Shown in pieces: positions 49,863 to 63,317 of a DNA stretch of 64,000 bases. Below the pieces are notes generated by a model that saw only the letters and a program-made list of their open reading frames with translations, did no database searches and was not told where the DNA came from. This stretch comes from Camelus dromedarius (Eukaryota): assembly GCF_036321535.1 (NCBI RefSeq), contig NC_087436.1, positions 44,394,001 to 44,458,000 of the forward strand, read 5' to 3'. Both the position numbers and the translations under genes were made by a program. Numbering within the stretch: position 1 is the first letter of the stretch; each line of letters begins with the position of its first letter.

Positions 49863-51509
49863 TGGGGGGAAGACTGCTGTTATTTTTTGCAGCAACATCC
49901 TTGTCATTATCAGGGAGTGTCAGTTATCTATAATTGGCTAAGAACCCCAGTTTTTAAATGTTTTAATTACTTCAATGGAAATATTTCTAAAGCGCATTCC
50001 ATTCTTCTCTGTATTTTTTAGATTAAAGACTATCTTGTCTTAGTGACCATTAACTAATCGACTATTATTGATTAGTAGATACCATTAGTAGATATTAAAG
50101 TGCTTTGTTTGGTTCCATTTTTCACTAGGTGGTAAAAAGAGATGAAAATTTCTCTCTAACCAAGTGTTAAATATCAATTCTAAAAACATTTCCAGGTTCT
50201 CAATGAGCTATACAGACAATGAGTGCCATGGGATTGCTGTGGATCTGAGTGATTAAAGAAGGCTTTCATAGATGGGATTTCAACTGGACCTGAAAAAATG
50301 GGCTTGTTTTTTCCTAATTCTCAGATGCAGTGAATCCATTTATACTGTAGGCTCATACAGCTTCAGGTGAACGCTCCCCAGCAGTCACCTGGGGATAAGC
50401 CTATCACGCCAGAGAAATGGAGGCTGGGAGAGCTTCCTAACAGTATCAAGCACAAACTGTATGGCCCAGACCCCACCTTTGGGATTTGGATAAAGTACTT
50501 TAAGTGTATGTTCCTGGCATCTAACTTCCCCTCCAGAGAAAGCAAGTGTTTTTGTGTTTTTCCTTTTCTCACATCTTAGAGGGCAGTGCTATGATGTACT
50601 GGAGAAGAACAAGAGGGACTAACATAAGAAACATTAACTTACATTTCAGGCATGTCAAACAAGCCTTAGGATTATTAACTCACAGGATACTGCCTTAGTT
50701 CTCTGCTTTGTTTCGAATACTTGAAATGAATCATGCGTTTAAGAGTGAAAGGAAGTTAAGATGACTCTGCCTTATTAAAAATTTCTGTTCTGCGAAGAGC
50801 AGAAACAGAGGAGTTGAGCTAAAATCCGAATATGAAATAAGCTTCACATAAAATTCAATGACTTGTTGTCAGGTGTGTGTGTTGTGGGGTGGGGGTACTG
50901 GGCAGAGTCCAAAATTTAAAAAAAAAAAAAGAGAGAGAGGAGAAAGGCATTGAAAGATCAAAGTAGAAGGAGCGGGTAAGTAGAGAGCTGGCAGAGTAGA
51001 GCCTGCCCCTTCAAATGCGCACGTGCAGCCAAACAGCCTTGCACTTTGGTGATGAGGGCGGGGGATTACAAACCTCCTATGGCATTTTTTGAGAAACTCT
51101 AAAAATAGTTTTTTCTAAATTCTAAATTCTAAGTTAGGTTGACTGTAAGAGGATTTAATGTATCTGTATCAAAAAGACGTTAAGGGATATGAGGATTTTA
51201 AAGCACTTGAAATAATCCCGCAGAGCAGGCAAGAAAATATCTTTTGTAGATCTTAATCGAGTAAAAAGATTCTTAACGACTCACATATAATAGATGTAGT
51301 TCAATTTATTACATGTATACTAAAATGATTTGCTTAGCAAAATTAAGCAATACTTTCATGAAGGTATCTTTATTTACTTAAACTTCTTTCAAGTGTTTGA
51401 TGTACCATTTGTCTCAGCATATCTGTTGCTTACATTTAAAAAAAATGTTATTTCATATTTTAAATCTCTCTTTCTCGATCTCCTTCCCCCTCCACCTGTT
51501 AGAAACGCA

Positions 51510-51745
51510 GAATAAGATCAGAGTTAAGAGTTTGGTTATGGAGCCAGGTAGATCTAGAATCACATTTGACCTTGGGCTACTTATTCCATATGCATCTTTC
51601 AGTAAGTTTCTTACCTTCTCTGAGTCTCACCTTCCTGATTACTAGGTGGAGGATGCTAACACATACCTCTTTGTTTTGGTGAAAATCCAATGTGGTAACG
51701 TATTAAGGTGCTTAGCACAGAATAGAGCACATCAATATGTGGAAT
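51510..51745 (+). mobile_element. MIR SINE
   Basis: GTTAAGAG...GGAGCCAG...TAAGTTTCTTACCTTCTCTGAGTCTCA...GGTGCTTAGCACAG. Confidence 0.75.
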
Positions 51746-53004
51746 CTATATCAGCTAATACTTTTTTATTCTCCAAACGAGAATTTTATCATAGTTTATA
51801 CTACATATTTATTGTACAAGCAATTTTATATTTATTTCCTTACTTTCAAACTTTTAGTTTGATATAATTAATAATAATAATTATTTTTAACACAGATAAT
51901 ATTGTACTGTGTACAGATAATAAAATTGGTCCTCAGAGATTTTAAGTCCTCTGCGGCTGCTAAATAGAAGAATTGAAGATATGAAACTAGGTCATCTAAT
52001 TCTGAGTAGCTAAGACTGTTTCTCTCCCAAGTGGTGTCCAGAGTGATCAGTATGAGAAATGAGGAGAGAGAGAGTGATTTTTTACATTTTAAAATGATGT
52101 CATCTTTTGTAGCTCATTTCCTTAATTCTGTTGTCCTGTAGCTAAAACATCCCATCCTCAACTCAGAGGGCTCACAAACAGTGACAGGGAGATATATGCA
52201 CATGTCGAGTGTGTAGGAGAGCACATGAGGGGAAATGAGGAGGCATCTTCATTGTACCACTTTAAGGAATGCGACATTTTACTGTTGCCCAGAGAGTTCT
52301 TAAAACATGGGACATACCATATAAAATGTAATTTAAAGGAGCTATCCAGTCCCCTTGAGATAAGCAAATAGCAACAGGGTTTTAGCCAGCTTAGAAGGCG
52401 AAACCAGGACACCTTCAGCCTCATTTATATACTTGAAGGAAACTGGAGAGTAAGGTATTTTATTTGGCTTTATTTCTACTGGCAGGGAAAAAAAAAAAGA
52501 ACCATTATCAGCTTGAAAAGGTTTTTCAGGTCTTAAGGATTAACCACTGAAAAGAAAGACAATTTTATTAAAACATCTTCTCTTTAACCATCTATAAAGG
52601 ATTGATCTGAACTATGGATTTCAAGAGGTTTTAAATTTAGTAACAGAATCGTTTGGCTTTACAAAATCAACCATTCAGGGCATCAAGCTCTAAACTCCTT
52701 GAGAAAAATAATGCTATATTTCTTTTGATTGGGTATTTCTATACTGAGAACAAGAGTAGAAGTTACACCATCAATTAGGAAGAAAAATGCCATTTTTTAA
52801 ATTTAAGTGTACAGTGTCACCTGTCCTTTATTTTCCCTACATCTGCCTCGAGTATTTATTATTATGATGATGATTATTTTAGGAAAGATGGAATAAGTGC
52901 TTCATTGTTTTCTTTTACTTAGCAGTTTTCAAAATGAGTTCCCAAATCTCCTTCAAAAAGTGACCAACGCATGTGAATTTAGTCAGGCAATCTGCCGCTG
53001 TCAG

Positions 53005-53230
53005 TATCCTTATGGGTGCTTATATTGTCCCACTTTTGGGTAATGAAAGCTTCTCTTGGCTCCCGAGTCCTTTAGACATGCCCTCAGTCATTTTTGATAG
53101 CTTTCTTACTCTTGTACCAGGCTCATACTATCCATTTCCCACTCCAGGACTGGAATCAGCCATTTCTTCTAGGAGCGCTGCTTCCTTCTAGTGGGCAGTG
53201 GTTTTCAGAGATGGCAGCTGAGTGTTAGAG
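53005..53230 (-). mobile_element. L1MC-type 3' UTR fragment
   Basis: TTGGCTCCCGAGTCCTTTAGACATG...CTGGAATCAGCCATTTCTTCTAGGAGC. Confidence 0.75.
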
Positions 53231-54353
53231 AAAGTAAACATTTTCTGTAAGGTCTTATAGCATAGCTTATATAAAAAATATTTAAATTATTGCAATTAGT
53301 TATAGTTCAATACTAAACCAGAGTAATTTTGATCAGTAGTTTTCAACTATTTTTGATTATATGGACCAGTGTATTCTCATGATGCACTCTTATCATAGGT
53401 ATATTTATTCATTTATGAACTACATACAAGTATTATTATATTAATGTACATCATAAAAAGTTAGCCAAAAATGGAAATAGGAAATAGAGATGGAGTTCCC
53501 TCTATTCCAGAGGACTCTGATCTACATTAGGAAGGTCAAACATTACATGTGATAGTTAATACTTTCAAAAATTATAAAAGTAATACTTTATTCTATTACC
53601 TGATTGGTGGACAATTACCTCTTGTCAGTTTTGAAAATTATATCAAGATTTAGTAATGATTCATTATTTGATAACACGTAGAGTGCTTGAGATTTAGAAG
53701 GGACGCATCTGAATGTTCCTGTTAAACATTCTCTTTTGGCCCATAGGCCCATTGGAACTCCTTGGTCTGGTGGGTGTTTTAACTGTTTTGCTCAAGTACT
53801 TGCTGGCAGATAATAAGAAGGCATTATCTGTTAGTCTCTATTTAATTGGCACTGTTTCATTTCAAATAGAATCCCCTCACCCCTTCAAATGCTACTGCTT
53901 ACCTTGTGTTGAAATCAGTTGTTTTAATAGTCCTGAAAGTTTAATAAAAAGCTACTTGATCAGAATTAAAATTTGATTTTTGGGAATGTTGAATTATCAT
54001 TTATGATGATAGATGGAAGGCCTGTGGAAGGTAGTGTTTGGGGCTTAGCTTAAGCTGGCTTCTCTTCCATTGTAATGACAACATCTAATCTCATTGCCTA
54101 GGTGTGTGCTGTTAGGTGAATAAAAACCATTTATTTTTCCTTACTTAGTTTTGAAGCACACATCATGTCATCATTCAGAAACAGGTTGTGTAGTTTATGT
54201 TGAAAGATGCATACTCTTTATATCAAATATAAAATATGCTTATTATAGTTAAGAATCATCTTTGCTATATTTTTAAATAATCATATTGGAATAATTATGG
54301 AACTTATAAGCATCATTTACATTTTGTCCCTGAGTTTCTTTTTGCTGTGCAGT

Positions 54354-54685
54354 CCAGGGTTGGCAAACTGTAAAGAACCAAATAATAAATACTTAATTTT
54401 TGCCTTTGGGAGCCATATGGTCTCTATTTCAACTACTAAACTCTGCTTTTGTAGCATAAAATTAGCCATAGACAATACATTAATGAATGACCTACAGTGT
54501 GCTCAAGTGAAACTTTATTTATGGGCATTGAAATTTGAATTTCATATAATTTTCACTGTCACAAAATGCTTTTCTTCTTTTAATCCCTCCACCACTCATA
54601 TAGAAATGTAAAAACCATTCTTAGCCCACTGGACGTAGATAAATAGGAAGTGGGCTGGATTTAACCTGTGGGCCTGATGTAGTCT
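54354..54685 (-). mobile_element. MER58B (hAT-Charlie MITE)
   Basis: CAGGGTTGGCAAACT...TAGCCATAGACAATAC...TGAAATTTGAATTTCATATAATTTTCAC...TGTAAAAACCATTCTTAGC. Confidence 0.9.
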
Positions 54686-55845
54686 ACGGAACACAGTCCA
54701 CAGACTGGATTTTCTACATGGTTATTAATTTAAGGGAGCCAAGCGGAGCTGGAATTTTAATCCTTCAAAGTATGGGAGCTTCTCTCAGTAGCAATCACTT
54801 GATGGTCAAGTTCAAATGTCTAAAGATTTTAGGAAATACAGAATTTGATATCCTTCTAACTTCAACTGTATTATTAATCTTTTCTCTATAATTTCCTTGT
54901 CTTAAAGGGGCTCTTTTTCTCTGCTTACATGCATTAAGTGAATTAGAAGATTAGAGTCATGCATGGAAATCAATTAAAATGGTCAGCGAGGATAATTTTA
55001 TTTTTTCCCCAGGCATGAAATAAACTTAAACAGATCATTCTCTGAAATCTATAGCAAAAATGAACAATTTAAAAGCACTTTGATTTTTTGCTTCTTCTAT
55101 CTCATTTGTCCCTGGCAACAGCTTGTGAGGTAGGTGTGATTATGATTTCATTTTGCAAAGGACATTTTAGAAGAAATTCTAAAAATCACACAGTGGTAAA
55201 GAAGTTGGAAGCAGGACTTGAACTACTTCTGTATGGATCCCTAAGCCTGGTCTCCTTGCCATAGTGAGTCTAAGTGTGTCTGTACACACAAACATACTCA
55301 TCCATGTGTACATAACCAATGTATTTACCAATGTAAAATTTTGCCTACTTTTTATTTACTTGAAAAGAAATCAGAAAACGTTGCAGAAAATTTATTACAT
55401 AAACTTGAATAGGCAATTTAAGATAACTCATTTCTTTAGTGATTTTAAGAACATCTCAGAATATCGTAAATATAATTCAGAATCTTAAGTCAATAGTTGA
55501 GTCATCATCAGTGCTAAAAGTAGGACCCTCAAAGTTTACTAAAAAAAGAAAACAAAACAAGGGCACTTTGATTTATCATCATTCTCCAGTTCTTCTTCCA
55601 GTTTAGAAGAAACTTATCTAGAGAAAAGCCAAGGAGTGTTGAGAAAGAACCAAGCAGGTCAGCTTAAAGGGAAATCAAGAAAAATGAGACAAAAATGCTG
55701 GTTTCTTTCCTTCAAAAATTTAATGGCAACACACTATAAAATTATTTGAAAAGGCTGTTTCTAATTTTATATTTATTTAAGGGAAATTGTTTTGAACTTT
55801 ATATGACGAAATTCAGTAGCAACATTACAACACGTGTTTTAAGGT

Positions 55846-56098
55846 AACAATTTTAAAACTGTGAGCTACTACAGTTTAGTGGGTCGTGAAATCAATATGG
55901 CAAATGTGGTTCACTTAAAAATAGTAGAATAAAAGAATGTGAGAGTGCATTGCACTAAGTCAGGGTAAGTACTGTTTTGTGAGACTTCAACTCCAGTTGT
56001 GGATGTTTGGTTGCATCTTTGTGCATGTGCTTTCTGGGGACTAATGGTAAACAAATTTCTTATTGTGAATGGTGGTCCTAAATCTGTGGAAGCTCTGC
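55846..56098. mobile_element. hAT-Charlie MITE (subfamily uncertain)
   Basis: TTAGTGGGTCGTGAAATCAAT...AGAGTGCATTGCAC...GGGTAAGTACTGTTTTGTGA. Confidence 0.65.
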
Positions 56099-59000
56099 TT
56101 TATGGTGGCCAAAACTCACTTTCACTTTAGCTGTACATAGTTGTCTCAGTTCAAACTCAGATTCCAGAGCTAATTACTAGTAAGTGGTCAAGAAGTTGAT
56201 TTAGAGTGTATTGGATTTAGACTATACTTGCCTTCTTTGTCATCAGTAGCCAGGAAATTTCAGATTCAGAAGTTTGGACAAAGTTTTTTTAATGATCGTC
56301 TATGAAAATGTAGGCAGATGTTTGAGAAAGTCATGGAGAGAAAGAGAGGAAATAGACAGACAAAAAACACATGCATGTAAGAATCAGAAATCATCTCATA
56401 AAAACACAGCTTAGGACTTTTACATTACTTGAAGGATATACAGATTATGGTCAGAAAAAAAGCTATCTTTACTAAAAGAATAACAGAAATTAAATATTTT
56501 TTCAAAGGCAACCCATTTAGTCCCCTGTGAAACTCTAAACCAGTTGTTTCAAGATTTTTAGCTTTTAGAGACTGGTAAAAATAAAATAAAGCTGAGGGGG
56601 TTAGGCAGCATAGTTTTGACATTTTTATTTTATCAAAATAAAGAACAGAGTTAAACAACCACTATCTACTATTATTTAAAGGACATTTTAACAATGAAAA
56701 AGTACAAATCACACAAAAAAGAATAATTTTATTTTATTTTGAATTCACTGTGTTGTCCTTTTTTGTTTTTCCTTTTTTTTTTTCTCATTTAACTGGACAC
56801 TGAAGAAAACTTAGGGTTTCTTTTGATAACCACTGTTCTAAATTTCTTTCTGATATCGTGGAAAGGGTGTGACTGCCAGTCTGTCCATTTATATTTCTAT
56901 TCAAAAGAAGAAACAGAAAACCTTAGGAACATGTGGAAATGCTAAACTAAAGCTACACATTAACTGGCTTTCCAGCATCTGAGGGAAAGGGTGGTTCTCA
57001 AGTAGATAAGTATTTGAAGAGAGAAGCAGGCAGTTAGTCAAACATAAAGTGATAGATGACTGGGTTGATTGTCTATTGGCTGTAGTTCTCTATTCTTTTT
57101 TTTAAAAATGAGTTCCTGGATACTTCCTGGTATCTCTATTTTTTGACCACGGTTTCGTTAAAATATTAGACTCCTAAAAAAGGTGTAAATCATAGTAGGT
57201 AGCTAAAAACACTCATTTATGATGTAGATTGTGTTCTATTAAATCATTCTATAAGTTTGCCTGTCATCACCTCAAGACAACTGACATAATTAGGATTGTA
57301 TTAACACTTTGAAAACTATTATTTTTCCTAAATCATTTTCATAATCTTCTTAATTAGCAGTCTCACATATATTGAAGTAAATGGTTCCAGAATTAGGGAA
57401 TTTACATTATTATTTGCCTTGGTATATCAAATCATTCAAAATGTTTGCTCTGGTCTGCTTTCTTTCTTCACACAATTACCTGTGGAGTTAATACTGCTCA
57501 CCGAGTTTTACATCTTTTTCTTTCAGCCTTTAACTTGGAAAATATTATTCTATGAAAAACTTTCAGAAATGCATTTCACGTTCAATTATTGTTGTTAGAA
57601 ACAGTACATAAAATATTCAGCAACCAGATGTCAGCGGTAGCACCGTTATTCTTCAAATCCTTTCTTTAGTCTTTGGATTCTTTGAAAAACCAGTAAGGGG
57701 GGCTTATCTGACTAATATTATCCTGGCTTTCAGCAAAATCACATGTGTATTTTCTCTAAAGACTGCAGGTCCCACCATACGGATTTCATAATTCTGAGCA
57801 GCTGCCCAAATAGGAGGGCGCTGTCCTTGCTGATCCTACTCGGACATGTTAATGGAGGTGCACAGTGTTCTGCTAGCATGCTAAAGTGTCCTCACTGCCT
57901 CGGTAGATCATCCATGAGTTCACGGGCATTTCCTCTTAGATCCTTCAAAGAACTGTACCTGTCTTCTGTCAGTAACTGAAGGGGTTGGGTGGAATATTGG
58001 GAAAGTTTGTGCTACAGATATTTCAATGTGACTGTTATTTGGCTAAAATCCCGCCCCAGACTTTCAGCAGTTGTTCAAACCTAGCTCAGTCATCGGCATT
58101 GTCACTGTCACACTGTTCTTACATTGTTAGTGACAGATTAAGAAGACAGCCCTGGAAGGCAAACTATAGGTTCATTTGTTCTTTAAGATTTAAAAATGAC
58201 TTTTAACACATAGTCTATCTTAATTTAAATCCAAATGGAGTCAAATTGCAGATCACATTTCTTTCCCTCTCACATTCATCCTACAAAGCTGTTCTTAGAG
58301 GGAAAATGATTAGGTCTTGATCTCCTTGCTGACCATCTTAATGATGTTTGAGGTTGAAAAGCCACTCAGTGATTATGAATGAAAAAGGATCTGACAGCGT
58401 ATGCAACTGCAAGGAAAGAGTAATTTATATAAATTATGGTCATATGCTCTTTCTTCTTCCACTCCAATTGAAAATCAATCATTTTTCATTTATTTTTCTC
58501 ATATATAATCACAGAAATCCTAATTTCTGCTCTCTAAGGAATCAGTATGTTCTCTTTGGAGCAAAGGAATTTTGGAATATTTTGATGATGAGAAGTCTTA
58601 CAGTAGAAAGCATATTTAAAAATTCTTAAAAACACTTTGTAAAAATCTTTATTTACAGTATTTTGAAAATGTGAAGGTTAAGAATGGTAAGATACAGTAT
58701 ATCTACCTTAGGCGGCTAAATTAAATCTTGAATTTTGGTCAGGTTGATTAATGTCTCTAACTGAATATTTTTCATTAAACAAAATTTAAAACAAAAATTA
58801 TATAGTTAATTTACTGACTCCTCCACCAGGAGTTAACTGAGTGCCTATAATTGCCAGACGTTAAGATTGTCCTAGAGATACATAGATGAATAAGAAGTAA
58901 CCCCTTCCTCAAAACCAGTAACTTTAGTGATAGAGATAGATATTAGATATTATCAAAGTTAGGGAAGTTTATTTCACTTTTGGAATTTCCTAGTATTGCT

Positions 59001-59789
59001 TCCCTTTGCTGATGGCTACTCTTTGACCTTACTCTTTTTCAAGTTGATCAAATTATTTGCATTAATGTGATGAGGTACTGGTCTCAACACTAGCAAAAAA
59101 TTTCATTCTGTGCAAAATGTTGTGAAAATAATGCTGGCCTAGCAGCCCATCACTTTATCTTCCTGTGTTGAGTTATTCATGCATAAGAGACATTACTTTC
59201 CTAATTCGTGGAGTTTTTGTATAGATCAAATGTGATATTATGTATAAAAAATACAAACACTATGTTGTATACAAAAAGGGGTTTATTTTAAGACTATTAA
59301 GCAAGATTGTAAAATCTCATAAAATAAAGAATTTGGTTTATGCAATTTTATTGGGGAAGTAAATTGTTCTGAATGTCAGTGTGACTTTCTTTTCACATGA
59401 AAAATAAATAAAGAGTGTTTATCAGTATGAATTTAAGGATTTTAGTATTAATGTCATTGTTAGAAAATCTTTGCAGTATACATTTTACCATTTTATTCTG
59501 TATGGGAAAATTCTTTAATTTTTCTGGACATGTACAGTTTACATTCAGCTGAAAGGGACTACTCTTCCAGTATATCAAGTTTATCATTGCGAAGGCTTTA
59601 TGATATTGTGGAAGGAACATTCAACTAAGAATTTAAAACCTAGTTTAGAGTTCTTAATCTAATCTATGTGCGTTATCCTGCCTGAGTTTTGGTTTTCTCT
59701 TCTAGAGAAAATAAGGATAATAATTACTGTTATATTTACTCAGTTAACTAGTTTGAAAGAATATTGATCAAAGGCTGAAATGCCATATA

Positions 59790-60106
59790 CAGTTGGTATC
59801 CCTGAATTCCGCATCGGTGGATTCAACCAACCTTGGATCAAAAATATTTGGAAAAAAAAAATTCCAGAAGTTCCAAAAAGCAAAACTTGAATTTGCCAGC
59901 AACTATTTACATAGCATTTGCATTGCATTTGCAACTGTTTATGTAGCATTTACATTGTAATATGAATTATAAGTAATTTAGAGATGATTTACTGTACATA
60001 GGAGGATGTGCTTAGGTTATGGACAAATACTACATCAATCATATAAGAGACTTGAGCATCTGCAGATTTTGATTTCCAAACCCATGAGCATGCTGAGGGA
60101 CGACTA
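59790..60106 (-). mobile_element. MER2/Tigger2-family TcMar MITE
   Basis: TA|CAGTTGG...GGATTCAACCAACC...GGAGGATGTGCTTAGGTTAT...GACTTGAGCATC...GAGGGACGACT; internal tandem duplication of about 32 bp (GCAACTRTTTAYRTAGCATTT). Confidence 0.9.
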
Positions 60107-63069
60107 CAGATGTAAGTGGTTGTGTCTGGAATTGCAGTAACAGGGCATATGTTGCACTGAGAGAGTGAAAATTGTGGTTAATGCAAATTTTCTGAAATGT
60201 GGAATTACTTCTAATAATGGAAGATGCCCTGGCATTTTCTTTATGTGAGTTATTTGTACAGAAATAATACCCATGATTTTCATTGCTTTTTCATGAGTCC
60301 TAGGAGGCAAGAGCCTTTGTGAGAAGCTCATAGATATGTCTACCTGAGGACAGAACTGCTGCCACAGAAGCTAGTATTTAGCCATCTGCTAGGAATTCTC
60401 AAGCTACACAGATTGCAAATACTCCACATTTTAAAATGGTGTTTGTTTTAAATGAGTTAAATGTGAATATGGCGTATGCACATGGACTGGGTCAGAGACA
60501 AAAGGACTTTTTTCACAGAGTCAGAAATCGTAGAGTCTAAATGTTCAGGAACATATTTAAACAGTACTATTCTATGAGATATCAGAAAGAGATGTAACTA
60601 GAAATTATCATACATAGCTATAGCTGCATTCTTTGATGTAAAATAATTGCATGATACATGTTAAGAGAAGCTTTATAGTCTACAATGCCACAGATGTGAT
60701 TTCATGGAAGGAATAAGGCTTTGAATGGCTGATCCCTACAAAATGTAAACCAAAACAATTTCTCTTTTCAAAGCAGGAAGTGAATCCTAACCAGACCTGT
60801 AGATCTCCTTTAATAGGAAGCTAGATGAGCCTCTAGTCCTCTCTTACTAGAATTCTGCTTCGAATTAATGATTGCACTTAGTATTGGAAATAATCATGTG
60901 AAGTCATTAATTTTTTCATTGTTGGTTTCATTCTCTCTATCCATTATACCTAGAAGAGTGTCAGGTTTTTTAAGGAGAAATTCCTTTATTACTTGCTGAA
61001 TGACTGAATGAAAAAATGAACTACCACACAATATTGATCTCACCTATGGTAGGTTTAACAGCCTCTATGTTAAAATATTTACTTGTGTTTACAACTTTTT
61101 TATTTTTTGTAAACTTTTTGAGTAAAGAGATACTAACTTATTTATCCTTATATTGCCATACAATCCTTAGCATAGAGCTTTGTATTTGGTAAAATCTAAT
61201 AAACAGTTGATAAACACATGAATACAAGTACATTTGTTTAAATATAATTTGGGCATTTCACTGGGTATATAAACATCTAAAAGAGAGATGAAATGTTAGT
61301 TAAATAATCCAATCAGTATTCCTTTTTTAAAAAGACTAATTTTCTCTAAGCAAAATCAACTGAAAAGGACTTCTTTATTATTTAAGGTATTTTGAAACTT
61401 CAGTTACAATTTTTCACAAATTTAATGTTTTATATAAATTTTCAGTTCCAAACATTTGGGTTTAAACTCATTTATTAAGTTTGTTAGATAGTTTATTAAT
61501 TTCTAAGAAAAACACAATTTAGGAGTGGAAAATCTGAGAAGCTGCTATCGGATGACTGATAATGAAAATGATAGTCTAAGACTTGGCTGAGGATCATGCA
61601 TAGCATGTTCTGAGTTTCTGTTTCTCCTCTTAGATTTCTCCAGCAGTCTAATTTCAATTTCACATGTTCCCACACTGTCATTTGGAACTTATTGAGCATG
61701 ACAGACTTTGTTGAAATGAATAATCCCAAAGAACATCCAAACATTTTTTTCACTCTATATAACTATCAACCTAAATCTAAACTGTTTTCTTTTTATAGGC
61801 ATGTTATTCAACAAACAGTTTAATGGTCACATTTTTTACTATGGTATATTTTCCAGTTGATAATATAAGATGGTTTAATTCTGCACATATAATTCTTAAT
61901 TTGATGGTAGTGTTTTACCATCATAATGCTATAGCATAGGATAGGTAAGGGAAAAATCAACAATCCCAAATTGTATTAAATGACTACATAGTGAAAGAAA
62001 TTACATTTTCCTTCTTAAGGCCTCCATAGAAAGACTGTGAAATACTAAGAGAGTAAGGAAAATAGCTATAATGATTAACAAAGGAGCTTTATATAGATGT
62101 TGGGGAGAAAAAAGTAGCTTTAGAATCAGAAAATTAAAAAATCTGTAGTGTAATGTGTGTGTTTATGCCTTTATAGGGGACAAGAACAAGCAAACAAAAA
62201 AAAAGGTTGGTTTAAGAAATGTTTTTAATTGCTTTACAATTTTTAAAAAAAATATGTAAATCTAATCTAAGCAGTTTTAAGCTCAGCTAACTTTCAGCTT
62301 CTTACAAGGAAAGGAAAGATGTAGAACAAGAGGATTCAAAATTAGAAGAATATGGTTAAAAGGTCTGAGTCCTTTAGAAAATCCTGTTCCAGTTTTTCAT
62401 ATGAAGTCCAGTTAAACAAAGTATATTTTCCCTCTTACAGACCCTCCCGTGGCCACTTCCTCATTCATTTAATTTTTTATCTAGGAGATGGTAGATTTTA
62501 GTGTTTTCTTTAGAGAACTTGGAATAGGAGCATTATATGTGGTAGAAGATGATAAATTACCTTGTTAAGTGACCTTCTTTTTGACAAATTAACTCATGTT
62601 GTTAAATAAACAGTGAGTCATTTTTTTTCCTCTGAAACCATTGTGAGATCCAAGACTCCAAGGAGCCCAATTTCATTCAGCAATCAATTTCAAAGATTGT
62701 GAGAGAGTGGCGACAGAAACTACCAGGCAGTTTGATTCATCAGGGCTGACACAATGGTGTGGTTTCTTGTTTTTTTCCCAACTCTTTTAAATTTGTTTTT
62801 CTTAAAACTAGAATATAGGTCAGAAAACCTGCATTGATTGCATTTCTATTTATGCATTAAGTCTGGAGCAGGACTATAATTTTCTTCTACATAGAACTTG
62901 TATTTCTACATAATGAATATTTGTATGTAATTTCTCATGAAGTGAATGTTTCTTTCTTAATTATTTTTTCCACTGTTTTGTTGCACTAATTTTGTTTCTG
63001 GATTCTTTAGTCATCCATATTTCAAGAAATCTGGTTTTTATGCTTTGATCTTCGACCTTTCTTCAAGCC

Positions 63070-63185
63070 TACAACTTCTTTTCAAAACAGCAGCAACAGT
63101 GACCCTTAAAACATAAGAAAGGTGATGTCACGCCTCTGCTAAAAAACAAAACAAAACAAAACAAAATCAATGGCTTCCCTTATAA
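63070..63185 (+). mobile_element. L2 fragment with (AAAAC)n expansion
   Basis: ACAGCAGCAACAGTGACC...ATGTCACGCCTCTGCT...CAATGGCTTCCC. Confidence 0.65.
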
Positions 63186-63317
63186 AAGACTGCAAAGCGC
63201 TAGTATTATTAGTGTGATTGTGATATAGATATTTAGAGTTAACTGAGGCTTCTTTTTTTGGCTGATGATCAATTTCTGAAATAACTCATATGTGCTTCAA
63301 AGAATGTGTATTCTGGA

